The notes below the pieces were generated by a model that was given only the letters and a program-made list of their open reading frames with translations, was not told where the DNA came from and did not search any database. This document shows positions 1 through 10,469 of a stretch of 64,000 bases of DNA, in pieces; position 1 is the stretch's first letter; every line of letters starts with the position of its first letter. The translations under genes were made by a program, and so were the position numbers. This stretch comes from Rhodospirillales bacterium (lineage in GTDB: Bacteria > Pseudomonadota > Alphaproteobacteria > Bin95): contig JAYQLI010000035.1 in assembly GCA_038143065.1 (NCBI GenBank), positions 32,001 through 96,000 on the forward strand, read 5' to 3'.

Positions 1-1181
1 TGGTGGCCCCACCATCAGATGATCCTCGCAGATTGAAAGAGTTTCCAGAAGAACTGGTGGGTCATCTCAAACAGATGATTGAAAACGGGATAAGGCCCCG
101 TGATATCGTCGGCCGAGATTCCTTGAGGAATGCAGTTATTGTTGCAATGGCTGTGGGCGGATCCACTAACGTCGTACTGCATGCTCCTGAACTTGCGCGT
201 GCTGCTGGGTTCCGGAATTTCTGGAAAGATGTAATGACTCCTGAAGAGTTTAATCATCTATCCCAGAATGTTGTTCCGGTGCTGACTGATGCAAGGCCTT
301 ATGGGCAATATTCAATGGTGGATATTGATCAGGTTGGCGGTGTTCAAGTTATCGTCAAAGAATTGATGGCAGCCGGGATGCTCAATGGCAACGTTCCAAC
401 ATGCACCGGGGAAACTTTGGCTGAACAAGTTCAGCGTTTAGAAACTCCAAACCCTGATGGTACAGTTATTTATTCTTGCTCTAAGCCATACAAACCCACA
501 GGAGGACTTCGCCTCCTGCGCGGGAACCTCTCCCCAGACTACAGCGCAATCCTAAAGCTTGCGGGTGTTGAAGGTGGACTTGAAAACAATGTCTTCAAAG
601 GCTCTGCGCGGGTCTTTGAAGGAGAAGCAGGTCTTTTAGAGGCCCTCGATAAACATCCTGAAGTTTTTCAGAATAACGACATGGTTATTGTTCGTTATGA
701 AGGACCTGCAGGGGCGCCTGGTATGCCTGAAATGCTGGACTCAACTTCTCGAATTACGACGTTGTGCCGAGAGAAAAATATTGTGGTTGGCCTTATGACC
801 GATGCACGTTTTTCCGGTGGTTCAGTAGGCCTTGTGATTGGTCATGTTGGACCAGAAGCAGCACTTGGAGGGCCTATCGCTTTAATTGAGGATGGCGACG
901 AAATCATAGCGGATATGAATACCAATGAGCTCAACAGCCTGGCTCTAAATGATCCTAAAATTTACGCAGATCGCAAGGCGGCTTGGCAGCGCATTGTAGA
1001 TGAAAATGGCGGTTCACATCCAAACTGCGGAATAGCAGATACCCGCCTTTTACATCGTATGAGACTGTCAGGTGTGCCAGCAACCCAAGGTGGAGGGATA
1101 CACCCAGGCAGAGAACTTTGGGTGCGGGATGAGCGATCGGCTAAGAAATCAGGTTTTGAGCCAGTCAATAAATTCCACTAA
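1..1181 (+). CDS. ilvD: Dihydroxy-acid dehydratase (IlvD/Edd family), 5'-truncated by the window edge
   Basis: Motifs GGSTNVVLH, VIVRYEGPAGAPGMPEML, TDARFSGGS, GHVGPEAALGGPIALIEDGD. Confidence 0.85.
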   Translation, partial: VAPPSDDPRRLKEFPEELVGHLKQMIENGIRPRDIVGRDSLRNAVIVAMAVGGSTNVVLHAPELARAAGFRNFWKDVMTPEEFNHLSQNVVPVLTDARPYGQYSMVDIDQVGGVQVIVKELMAAGMLNGNVPTCTGETLAEQVQRLETPNPDGTVIYSCSKPYKPTGGLRLLRGNLSPDYSAILKLAGVEGGLENNVFKGSARVFEGEAGLLEALDKHPEVFQNNDMVIVRYEGPAGAPGMPEMLDSTSRITTLCREKNIVVGLMTDARFSGGSVGLVIGHVGPEAALGGPIALIEDGDEIIADMNTNELNSLALNDPKIYADRKAAWQRIVDENGGSHPNCGIADTRLLHRMRLSGVPATQGGGIHPGRELWVRDERSAKKSGFEPVNKFH

Positions 1182-1200
1182 CAAGGATCGGGAGAGCCTT

Positions 1201-1443
1201 TTAGGGGTAAAGCAACCAATCAAAGAAGCTTTTGCTGCCAATTATGACGTCCAGCGTCAGCGATGGGGCCCAATCCACAATGCGAATTAAACCGTCTAAT
1301 GCGGCCTGGCCAAGGTTTGTTATGAAAATTGGTGTCTCAGGTTCAGCCATAGCAGCGATAAGAGCGCCCCAGCCAAATAAGGCCAGACCAAATCCCATCC
1401 CAATAATCAGGTAGGCATAGATTAGGAACCTAAGTCTGCGCAT
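1201..1443 (-). CDS. Small hypothetical membrane protein (80 aa)
   Basis: ATG-started ORF filling the gap between ilvD and alaX; long hydrophobic N-terminal stretch. Confidence 0.55.
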   Translation of the reverse strand: MRRLRFLIYAYLIIGMGFGLALFGWGALIAAMAEPETPIFITNLGQAALDGLIRIVDWAPSLTLDVIIGSKSFFDWLLYP

Positions 1444-1546
1444 GATCTCTATGTGTCAGGCCTTTAGCAAAATTAGGGCATAGTCAGCGGTAGACAGGAT
1501 GAATATGCTTTGGAAGCAATAAATAGATGTCAGGGGATGCCAAAGC

Positions 1547-2258
1547 ATGGAATTGATTTTCCGCGAAGATGCCTACGCTTGTGAATGTGAAGCAACTGTA
1601 ACAGCTGTTGATGAAAGAGGTATATGGCTAGATCGCACTATCTTCTATGCAGAAGGTGGAGGGCAGCCAGGTGACCAAGGAACTTTGACAACTGCGACGG
1701 GTGAGGTTGTTGCAATTATAAACGCAGTTAAAGCGGAAGGCCCAGAAACCTCAATATGTATTCCCGCAGAAGGTGCCAAATTTCAGAGGTCGGCACAAAA
1801 GTCATCGCGAGGATTGATTGGGAGCGGAGACACCGACTCATGCGGATGCATACAGCTATGCATCTGCTCTGTTCGGCAGTACCAGCTGGCGTCACGGGAG
1901 GGCAGGTAGGCCTGGAAAAAAGTAGGCTCGATTTTGATGTCGGGGAAACTGTGCTTGTGAAAGAAGAAATACAAGCGGAGCTCAACGAGATGGTTTTGAC
2001 GGCTGCCGCGGTCGAATATAAATGGATTGAAGATTCAGAACTTGATGAAAACCCTAATTTAGTTCGCACTATGTCAGTACAACCGCCAAGAGGGTCCGGC
2101 CGCATTCGGTTGGTAGCAATTGGTGAGGGCTGGACCTACAGCCGTGCGGTGGAACCCATGTTTCAAATCTGTCTGAAATCGGCCGTATCGTAGTGGGTAA
2201 GATTGAGAACAAAGGAAAGCGTAATCGTCGGGTTAACATAACGTTGGAGGATGTCTGA
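1547..2258 (+). CDS. alaX: Alanyl-tRNA editing protein AlaX, split by two apparent frameshifts
   Basis: LDRTIFYAEGGGQPGDQG (1547 frame); RMHTAMHLL HxxxH motif (1756 frame); third frame gives QPCGGTHV and KGKRNRRVNITLEDV*; TGA 2256-2258 overlaps the sseA ATG. Confidence 0.85.
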
Positions 2259-3097
2259 TGTCAGTACCGTGCCTTCTTACAACTCAATGGGTGGAAGAAC
2301 ATCTTAGCGACGAAAATATTGTTCTTCTTGATGGTAGTCATCATTTGCCAACGACAGGTAGGAATGCAGGCACCGAGTATTCCGAGCGTCATATAAAAGG
2401 TACTCGCTTTTTCGACATAGATGGTATCTCCGACCAGACTTCAGACCTTCCTCACATGCTTGCCTCTCCATCAGACTTTGCGCGTAAGGTAGGTGCTCTT
2501 GGGGTTGGTGATGAGACACATGTAATTGTCTACGACACCGTTGGAACCACTGGTGCAGCTAGGGTTTGGTGGACATTTCGTGCGATGGGGCATGAAAAGG
2601 TTTCCGTTATGGATGGAGGTTTGCCCAAGTGGCTGTCAGAAAATAGGCTTGTTGAAAAAGAAATCCCAGCTATCTCTCCACAGCACAAAACAGCATCACT
2701 TAACAAATCACTTGTTCGCAATTTGCAGGACATGCTCTCTAATATTGATAACGATTTAGAAGTAGTTGTTGATGACCGAAGCGCTGGCCGTTTTAACGCA
2801 ACAGAGTCCGAGCCAAGAGCTGGTATGCGTGGTGGTCATATTCCAGGGTCGCGTAATGTTCCATTTCCAGATGTCTTGAATGAAGACCGTACTTTTAAAT
2901 CCGGACCAGAAGTTCTAGCTGCCTTTCAAGCTGCTGAGGTCGATTTATCTCAGCCAATGGTCACCACTTGTGGATCCGGAGTAACAGCATCTACCCTTGC
3001 CTTAGCGCTTTACAATGCTGGAAAACAGGATGTGGCAGTTTACGACGGCTCGTGGAGTGAATGGGGTTCGCGTCAAGATACGCCGATAGACAAATAA
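2258..3097 (+). CDS. sseA: 3-mercaptopyruvate sulfurtransferase (double rhodanese)
   Basis: GHIPGSRNVP, active-site loop CGSGVTA, YDGSWSEWG. Confidence 0.9.
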   Translation: MSVPCLLTTQWVEEHLSDENIVLLDGSHHLPTTGRNAGTEYSERHIKGTRFFDIDGISDQTSDLPHMLASPSDFARKVGALGVGDETHVIVYDTVGTTGAARVWWTFRAMGHEKVSVMDGGLPKWLSENRLVEKEIPAISPQHKTASLNKSLVRNLQDMLSNIDNDLEVVVDDRSAGRFNATESEPRAGMRGGHIPGSRNVPFPDVLNEDRTFKSGPEVLAAFQAAEVDLSQPMVTTCGSGVTASTLALALYNAGKQDVAVYDGSWSEWGSRQDTPIDK

Positions 3098-3110
3098 AGA
3101 GGACGCTTCA

Positions 3111-4297
3111 ATGAAAGATAAAACTGGAAAGCACCCTGAGACACTGCTCACGCATTCGGGACGACATCCTTTTGAGCATTTTGGCGTTGTAAATACTCCT
3201 GTTTTTCGTGCGTCTACTATCCTTCAGGAAACGATGGCTGAATACAAAAGGCCAAAAGGTCCTAGGGAACCTCGGTATGGAAGCCGAGGTACGCCGACTA
3301 CATTTACTTTAGAGGATGTGATCGCTGACGTTGAGGGCGCCCATGGGTGCCTTCTTGCAAGTTCTGGACTGAACGCCATTGCCGTTGCTCTACTGAGTCA
3401 AGTGAAGCAAGGTGACCATGTCTTGATGGCTGATAACGTTTATGGACCGGCAAGGAATTTTGCCAATCATGTTATGACCCGCATGGGCGTGGAGACGGAG
3501 TTTTTTGATCCGGCAATTGGAAGCCAAATTTCTAGCTTTATGCGTTCCAATACTTCTGTTGTCTACCTGGAGTCACCAGGCTCACAAACCTTTGAAGTTA
3601 CCGATGTGCCCGCAGTCGCTAAAGAGGCAAAGATTGGTGGTGCCGTTGTAATTATAGATAATACCTGGGGAACGCCTTTGTTCTTTAGTCCCTTCCAGTA
3701 TAGCTGTGATATCTCAGTTCATGCGGCAACCAAATATATCGTTGGTCATTCTGATGCGATGCTTGGTGCTGTTTCGTACACAGATGAAATGGAAGAGAGC
3801 CTCCGAGCAATGGCCGGTTGGTTGGGAACTTTTGCATCTCCAGATGATGTTTATTTAGGTTCCGCGGAATGCGCACACTTGCAGTGCGATTGAAGCAACA
3901 TCAAGAAAACGCTTTGGCTATGTGTGATTGGCTCCTTTCGCGGCCCGAAGTTGATCGCGTACTCTATCCACCTCATCCAACATCCGCAGGCCATGAGCTT
4001 TGGAAACGAGATTTTACGGGCGGGTCTGGCTTAATGGGTTTGCTGTTGAAGGGGCCCGTTAATGACGCCAATGTCGCTGCATTGCTAGATGGTCTCGAGT
4101 TATATGGCATGGGGGCAAGTTGGGGTGGGTTTGAAAGTTTAATTTTACCTGCCGATCCATCAAGTAATAGGACAGCGACTACCTGGTCTGAGACTGGGCA
4201 ACTGTTGCGAATTCATGTTGGGCTTGAAAATATTGATGATCTGATTTTTGACTTGGGTAAGGGTTTGGACCGGTTAACGGAAAGTCTCTCTTCCTAG
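3111..4297 (+). CDS. metC: Cystathionine beta-lyase (one frameshift near 3860)
   Basis: VNTPVFRAST, YLESPGSQTFEV, DNTW, PLP lysine in AATKYIVGHSD, GASWGGFESL, LRIHVGLE. Confidence 0.88.
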
Positions 4298-4348
4298 TTT
4301 TTTTAAAATTTGTTGCTGTATCAGGAATAAAGAAAGCTGCTGGTCTCA

Positions 4349-4981
4349 ATGCTCATAAGAATAATCTTGAATTTATTTCTTTTGATCCAATTGTTTTTCG
4401 CATCTCATGTCTTTGCATCGGGAGGATATGACAATGGAACTGCGGCGGGAAAAGGAAAGTTAGATCTTGATCTAACGATTAATCCTGGCGACTTGTCGAA
4501 TGAATGGCCTGAAAGCCTTGATGAAAAGGGGCAAAGTTATCTTGTTTGGGGATACGGCCTTGATGATGAGTTTGATTTCCATGGCTATGTTTCCCATGGA
4601 GCAGATGGAACTGACCAAATTTACTATGGATTAAAATACAATTTTTTAAGCACCGATCGGTTAGATTTATCTACTGCAACAGGACTAAGACACATAGAGT
4701 CCCGAACGGACCTAATTTTACCAAAACTCCTTTACACGATAAAACTTTCTAATGACTTTGATATCATTGGGAGTTTTACAAATATTTATAATACCACGGA
4801 TGACGATAATATTGGTCAATCGAGTGACATTGCGTTTCGGATTCCAGTGCCAGAAAGTATGACGCCATCGCTTTTCAGGGACATAAAAATCGCTGTCGGT
4901 TTATTCAAGCCATCCACTCGTGATTGGAAGCCTTCATCGGACAACTGGTATCCAACGTACAGTATAGACTGTCGTTTTTGA
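4349..4981 (+). CDS. Hypothetical exported protein, possibly an outer-membrane beta-barrel
   Basis: Signal-peptide-like N-terminus ending VFA-SGG; alternating aromatic beta-strand patterns; C-terminal Phe (YSIDCRF); visibly AT-richer than flanking genes. Confidence 0.6.
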   Translation: MLIRIILNLFLLIQLFFASHVFASGGYDNGTAAGKGKLDLDLTINPGDLSNEWPESLDEKGQSYLVWGYGLDDEFDFHGYVSHGADGTDQIYYGLKYNFLSTDRLDLSTATGLRHIESRTDLILPKLLYTIKLSNDFDIIGSFTNIYNTTDDDNIGQSSDIAFRIPVPESMTPSLFRDIKIAVGLFKPSTRDWKPSSDNWYPTYSIDCRF

Positions 4982-5082
4982 GTTTTAATTTCTCGGCATA
5001 AAATTCGAAGATGGCTGATGTCAGAATATTTCTTGGATTACGTCTTATTAAAAGGGCACTCAATTTCAGATCTTTAAATTTT

Positions 5083-5430
5083 TCACCGCATTTTTGTGCC
5101 GGCGCGCTTCAGCTCTCTGAGGTATGGTACGTGCTCCTCCTCAAGTCCGTGACGAGGAGTTCCCTTGTAGTTTGAAGAAACCCAGTCGGATTTCGCTTTA
5201 ATATCAGAAAGCATGTCTAATTTAGTGGGCAGCTTAATCAGCCCTGATTCAATGTCACGTACCCACTTCGCTTGGTGCTCAAAAATCATATTAAGAGCCG
5301 TATCGGTGTTGAAAAATCCAATCATATAAAGCCCTGGCCAGCTAGGTGGTACAATTCTTTTGTAAAGATCCAGACGATTGTTTTCGGGGTCTCCAACGAT
5401 TACCTCATCCGGTAGCTGCGGGAAAATTTG
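5083..5430 (-). pseudogene. C-terminal remnant of a flavin-containing monooxygenase (FMO-like)
   Basis: FPQLPDEV...RLDLYKRIVPPSWPGLYMIGF...FEHQAKWV resembles FMO C-termini; both GxGxxG nucleotide-binding regions are absent. Confidence 0.6.
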
Positions 5431-5594
5431 GGAACATCGTTGCACAGTGTTATTATCGCGACGACCTCGTAATGATTTCGCTTGGTATGGAATTGCGAGC
5501 GCCCCACCCAAAGGGTTATGAGGTTGCTACAGGGGATTGGTCGTTGCTTGAACCCGTTCGTCGCCGACAGAGCTTTTATAGGCCAACTGACTAG
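5405..5594 (+). pseudogene. C-terminal remnant of a small protein of the kind encoded next to GMC oxidoreductases (gluconate-2-dehydrogenase subunit-3-like)
   Basis: AQCYYRDDLVMISLGMELRAPHPKGYEVATGDWSLLEPVRRR matches the recalled YYRDDRVMxSLGxExRxPFPxG...GDWSLLDPV pattern; no credible N-terminus. Confidence 0.5.
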
Positions 5595-5652
5595 CTCTAT
5601 TTGAAATGAGGAATTAGCATATACCTTCTGAATCAAGAAGGATTGTTGCAGT

Positions 5653-7721
5653 ATGACCTGGCGGATCGGAGTTGATATCGGTGGCACATTCACTGACGTA
5701 GCTTTGGTGGATGACACGACTGGAAATATTGGAGTTGCTAAAGCTCCAACAACTCCAAGTGATTTTGCTCAAGGTGTTTTAACTGCCCTTTCCCAGGCAA
5801 TGGAGCGTTATTCAATAAAGCCAAAAGATGTGGGTTTGTTGAGCCATGCCACCACTGTCGTCACCAATGCCATATTAGAAGAAAAAGGTTCGCGAGCAGC
5901 TGTGATCATGACCCGAGGCTTTCGTGACGTGTTAGAGCTTCGTCGATCGGCCCGTCCTGATCTTTATGACCTTTTTCAGGATGCTCCAGCAACTTTAATT
6001 CCTCGCCGAAGGCGGTTTGAGATCACGGAACGCCTTAGTTCTGATGGTTCTGTAATCACAGATTTAGCTCAGAATGAAATTGATGAGCTTATTTCGGTTC
6101 TTAAGGCAGATCGTGTTGAGGCTGTGGCAGTTTCTCTACTTTTTAGCTTTGTTAATCCGTCCCATGAACGGGAACTGGGAAAGAAACTCAGTGAGGCGCT
6201 TGACGTTCCAATTTACCTCTCGAGCGAGGTGTTACCTGAAATAAGAGAGTTTGAGCGGACTTCCACGACAGCAATCTGTGCCTACGTCGGACCAATTTTA
6301 GCTTCTTATCTAAAGCGGTTGGAGGAGGCCACAGAAAGCCTTGGGCTTCCGCGGATGTATGTGATGGGTTCCAACGGTGGAGTCTTTGAGGCATCTGAGG
6401 GTGTGGCCATGCCAGCTATGGCGGTTGAAAGTGGGCCAGCTGCTGGGGTGGTCGCCGCATCGCTCGCTGCGCGTCAGGCAGAGCGTCCAAATCTTCTTAC
6501 TTTTGACATGGGTGGGACCACAGCAAAAGCCAGTTTAATCCGTGATGGCGTATATGAAACAACACCAGAGTATGAGGTTGCGGGAGGGGCAAGTGCAAAC
6601 CGCTGGATGAATGGGTCAGGTCATCCTATCCGGGTTCCCGTGATAGATCTTGCTGAGGTTTCTGCTGGTGGTGGTTCCATCGCATGGGTTGATGCGGCGG
6701 GTGGTATTCGTGTGGGCCCTAAAAGCGCTGGCGCAGAGCCTGGTCCTGTTTGCTATGGCCGCGGAGGAACAGAACCAACTGTAACTGACTGTAATTTAAT
6801 TCTTGGTAATTTAGACGCTAATTCTCTTCTTGGAGGAGAGATGCAAATAAACTTTGCAGAAGCCGAAGCGGCCATAAATGAAAAATTGGCAAAGCCCCTC
6901 GGTTTGACCGTTGAAGGTGCGGCAGCAGCTGTCATCGATGTAGTGAACCACGCCATGGCTGAGGCTCTGAAAATAGTTTCTGTCGAAAGAGGCCATGATC
7001 CACGGGATTTCACACTGGCAGCTTTTGGTGGAGCAGGACCGTTGCATGCAGCGGCGTTAGCGGAAGAGTTAGGAATGACTGAGGTAATATGTCCTCCTAT
7101 TCCAGGCGCATTCTCAGCTTTGGGTTTGGTTGGGTCAGACTTGAAGAGAGACTATGTCCGTACCGTTTACCTTAGGTCAGATTTGGCAGAACCTCAGGTC
7201 ATCGAAGCAGCGTATCAAGAAATGGAGGCAGAGGGTGCTGCCATGTTAGATCGAGCTGGAATGCCACCAGATCGGCCTCAGTTTGAGCGTCCTTTAGATG
7301 CGCGCTACGCTCGTCAATCCTATGAGCTAAATGTTTCTGCCTCGAGGGAAAATTTGATGCCGCAGCTTTGGCAGAAGTCTCTGAAGCTTTTCACACCCGT
7401 CATAAACAGACTTATGGACACGATAACCGTACAGAGCCCGTTCAAATAGTAAGTCTTAGACTGTCTGCAATCGGAAAAATTCCATCTCTCGCCATCCGGC
7501 AATCCCCCGCGAACTCTGGGGACCCCGTTAAAGGCACGCGATTAATGCGCGGTATTAACGGCCCAGTTCTAGATCGAGCTAAGATGCCATCGGGCTACTC
7601 AGTGGAAGGACCAGCCGCGATTGAAAGTATTGAAAGTACTATTTCAGTCCCAAAAGGATGGCAGGCAGGAATGGATGGTGATGGTTTTATAAGGTTATTG
7701 CGTTTGGAGGAGGGGCAATGA
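5653..7721 (+). CDS. Hydantoinase/oxoprolinase subunit A (ATP-binding), one frameshift near 7345
   Basis: GVDIGGTFTD, SHATTVVTNAILE, EIREFERTSTT, ESGPAAGV, DMGGTT, AGGGSIAW, GPKSAGAEPGPVCY, FGGAGPLHA. Confidence 0.9.
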
Positions 7722-9454
7722 GCAGCTACATCCAGGATCCCGCCACCTTCGAAATTGTAAAAAATAGTCTTTACAAGATAGCTGAGGAAATGCGGGTTGT
7801 TCTCGCAAAAACAGCCTATTCTCCAATTCTTAAATCAGCCGGTGATTACTCCTGTGGAATTTTTGACTGTGCAGGTGATATGGTGGCACAGGGGCCTGAT
7901 CTTCCTATTCACCTTGGCTCCATGCCTGATGCAGTTCGCGCTGTTGTGAAAGCGTTTGATAAGGATGTGCATGAGGGCGATGTTTTCATCCATAACGATC
8001 CCTATTTCGGCGGTAGTCATCTACCAGACGTTAATATTGTCCGTCCTGCTTTTCATGAGGGGGTCCATTTAGGGTTTGCATGTTTGCGTGCACATTGGCC
8101 TGATATTGGCTCAGCCACTCCAGGCAGTTATGGCGCTGTTACGGAAATTTATGGTGAGGGTTTGCGCCTGCCACCAGTTCGGCTTTATTCGAAAGGTGAA
8201 TTAAACCAAGCTCTTGAAGATGTAATCTTAGCCAATGTTAGGACACCTGATGAGCGAAAGGGTGATCTCGGTTCACAGCTTGCCGCTACATTACGTGCAT
8301 GTGATCGGCTTACTTCGTTAGCTGAGAAATATGGCTCTCAGCGGCTCATAGCTTATATGGCTGAAGTTATAAATTATTCTGATCGACTGATGCGCGCTGC
8401 ACTTTCAGAACTTCCTGATGGGGAAGGTTATTTTGAGGACTTTTGTGATGGTGATGGCATAGTTGATGGGCCGAATGGTGAGGACGCACCTTTCTGGGTT
8501 CGTATGAAGGTTACAAAGTCAGCGGACTCCATAGTTGTAGATTTTGAAGGAAGTGACCCGCAGGTCCCGGGACCGATGAACGCGGCTCTATCAGTTTCAG
8601 CATCTGGAGTTTTTTGTGGTCTTAAAACAGCGATAGATCCTAATAGCTTAATCCCTCCTAATTCGGGTTGCTGGAGGGCAATTACTGTGAAGGCCCCTAA
8701 GGGCTCTGTTGTGAACTGTGAGTTTCCAGCCCCTGTCGTCTATTCCAACCATGAAATGTCTCACCGAACTGCAGACATGGTTATGGGTGCTCTTTCTCAA
8801 TTCATGCCTGATCAAGTAATGGCATGTAGTCAAGGAACCTCTGCGGTGTTGACATTAGGTGGAGTCGAGCCTCGAACTGGCAATCGCTACGTATCATATG
8901 AGACAATCAAGGGTGGGTTCGGAGCCAGGCCAAACAAAGATGGAATTAATGTTATAGCCAGCGGTATTTCAAACACCATGAATACTCCTGTGGAAGTGCT
9001 GGAGATGGCATTTCCGGTCCGTGTAGAGCATTATGAAATTCAACCGGACTCTGGAGGTGCTGGAAAGTTTCGTGGAGGAAACGGCGCGCGGAGACGTTGG
9101 CGTATGTTGGAGGGTGCCGCTGCGACTGGCGCTTTGTGTATGGAAAGGATGACATCACCTCCATTTGGTTTAATGGGAGGTGATCCTGGAATTACGGCCT
9201 CTGTAACAGTTACTCCGCTCGGAGGAAGGCCTCAAACTCTTCCGAGTAAGGGGGCTTTTTCAGTGCCCCCTGGAGCTATCATTGATATGACTACTCCTGG
9301 GTCTGGAGGATATGGTTTTGCTGCTGAACGTGATCGCGCAGCCATTGGAAGGGATCTTCTAGATGGATACTTGACCGAGGAGGCTGCTCGAAAATTTTAT
9401 ACCATTGAAGACCCTAAAGTGTTGCTCAAAGTAGCTAAAGAAGAAGACCAATGA
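7718..9454 (+). CDS. Hydantoinase B/oxoprolinase subunit B
   Basis: DPATFEIV, TAYSPILK, PIHLGSM, NDPYFGGSHLPD, AHWPDIG, NTPVEVLE, DSGGAGKFRGG, TPGSGGYG; ATGA overlap with subunit A. Confidence 0.92.
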   Translation: MSSYIQDPATFEIVKNSLYKIAEEMRVVLAKTAYSPILKSAGDYSCGIFDCAGDMVAQGPDLPIHLGSMPDAVRAVVKAFDKDVHEGDVFIHNDPYFGGSHLPDVNIVRPAFHEGVHLGFACLRAHWPDIGSATPGSYGAVTEIYGEGLRLPPVRLYSKGELNQALEDVILANVRTPDERKGDLGSQLAATLRACDRLTSLAEKYGSQRLIAYMAEVINYSDRLMRAALSELPDGEGYFEDFCDGDGIVDGPNGEDAPFWVRMKVTKSADSIVVDFEGSDPQVPGPMNAALSVSASGVFCGLKTAIDPNSLIPPNSGCWRAITVKAPKGSVVNCEFPAPVVYSNHEMSHRTADMVMGALSQFMPDQVMACSQGTSAVLTLGGVEPRTGNRYVSYETIKGGFGARPNKDGINVIASGISNTMNTPVEVLEMAFPVRVEHYEIQPDSGGAGKFRGGNGARRRWRMLEGAAATGALCMERMTSPPFGLMGGDPGITASVTVTPLGGRPQTLPSKGAFSVPPGAIIDMTTPGSGGYGFAAERDRAAIGRDLLDGYLTEEAARKFYTIEDPKVLLKVAKEEDQ

Positions 9455-10383
9455 CTTTCGATTTACATCCAGAAGTAAAACCACTGATAGAGGCGCGTGC
9501 GGCGCTTCCTGCGGGCAAAAACCTTGAAGAGGATCGTGCAAATTGGTCGGCTTATGCTCGCGCGAATAACGTTTCGCCACCAGCAAACATTAATGTCAAA
9601 GATAGCGTCGTTACGGGGCGTGATGGGGTAAGCATACCGATAAGAATTTATTCACCATCAAGTTCCGAGTCCAAAGCAGCCATTGCCTATTTTCATGGGG
9701 GTGGGTTTGTAAAAGGAGATTGCGATACCAGTGATACGACCGGTTGGGGGCTTGCTGCTGAAACTGGAGCAGTAGTAGTCAGTGTCGACTACAGATTGGC
9801 GCCAGAAAATAAATTTCCGGCGGCGCTCCATGATTGTGTAGATGTCCTATTACATATGCACAATCATCCATCAGTTTATGGGATCGATGCATCGAGGCTA
9901 GCAGTCGCAGGAGATAGTGCTGGAGGAAACCTGGCAGCGGCAACGGCGCTTTGGGCTAGAGAAAACGGAGGTCCAAGACTCAAGGCACAAGGTTTGATTT
10001 ATCCTTGTTTAACCGACCGTCTGGAATTTGATTCATACGAGCGGAATGCATCTGCACCAGGGCTTACTACTAAGAGTATGCAAGGCTATTGGATTGCATA
10101 TTTGGGCGATATAGCCGGTAAATCAGGCGATCCCATGGCTACGCCTTTGATTGCCAAAGACTTATCCAACTTACCGCCAACTTTCATTCTTGTGGCAGAG
10201 CATGACCCTTTGATTGATGATGGGGTAGAGTATGCGGCGAAGTTAATGCGGGCTGGTGTTGAAACAAGCTTTTTTCGCGCTGAGCGCATGATCCACGGAT
10301 TTATCCGTGCAAGGGTGACAGGTCCGGATGCAGCAGCCGCATTTGCGCGCCTTAGCCGTTTTTTATGTGAAAAGCTGGTGTAA
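9451..10383 (+). CDS. HSL-family alpha/beta hydrolase (Aes-like esterase)
   Basis: HGGGF oxyanion motif, GDSAGG nucleophile, HDPL and IHGF triad motifs; ATGA overlap with hydantoinase B. Confidence 0.9.
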   Translation: MTFDLHPEVKPLIEARAALPAGKNLEEDRANWSAYARANNVSPPANINVKDSVVTGRDGVSIPIRIYSPSSSESKAAIAYFHGGGFVKGDCDTSDTTGWGLAAETGAVVVSVDYRLAPENKFPAALHDCVDVLLHMHNHPSVYGIDASRLAVAGDSAGGNLAAATALWARENGGPRLKAQGLIYPCLTDRLEFDSYERNASAPGLTTKSMQGYWIAYLGDIAGKSGDPMATPLIAKDLSNLPPTFILVAEHDPLIDDGVEYAAKLMRAGVETSFFRAERMIHGFIRARVTGPDAAAAFARLSRFLCEKLV

Positions 10384-10418
10384 TCGGAAAACAATAACCT
10401 CTTCAAATTCTGGTTAGA

Positions 10419-10451
10419 GGATATCTAATCCTTACTCGATACGAGATATCC
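10419..10451. terminator. Inverted repeat between convergent esterase and pyrF genes, possible terminator
   Basis: GGATATCT (10419-10426) and AGATATCC (10444-10451); long loop, so weak. Confidence 0.3.
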
Positions 10452-10469
10452 AACCCCTTTTAAAATTTA

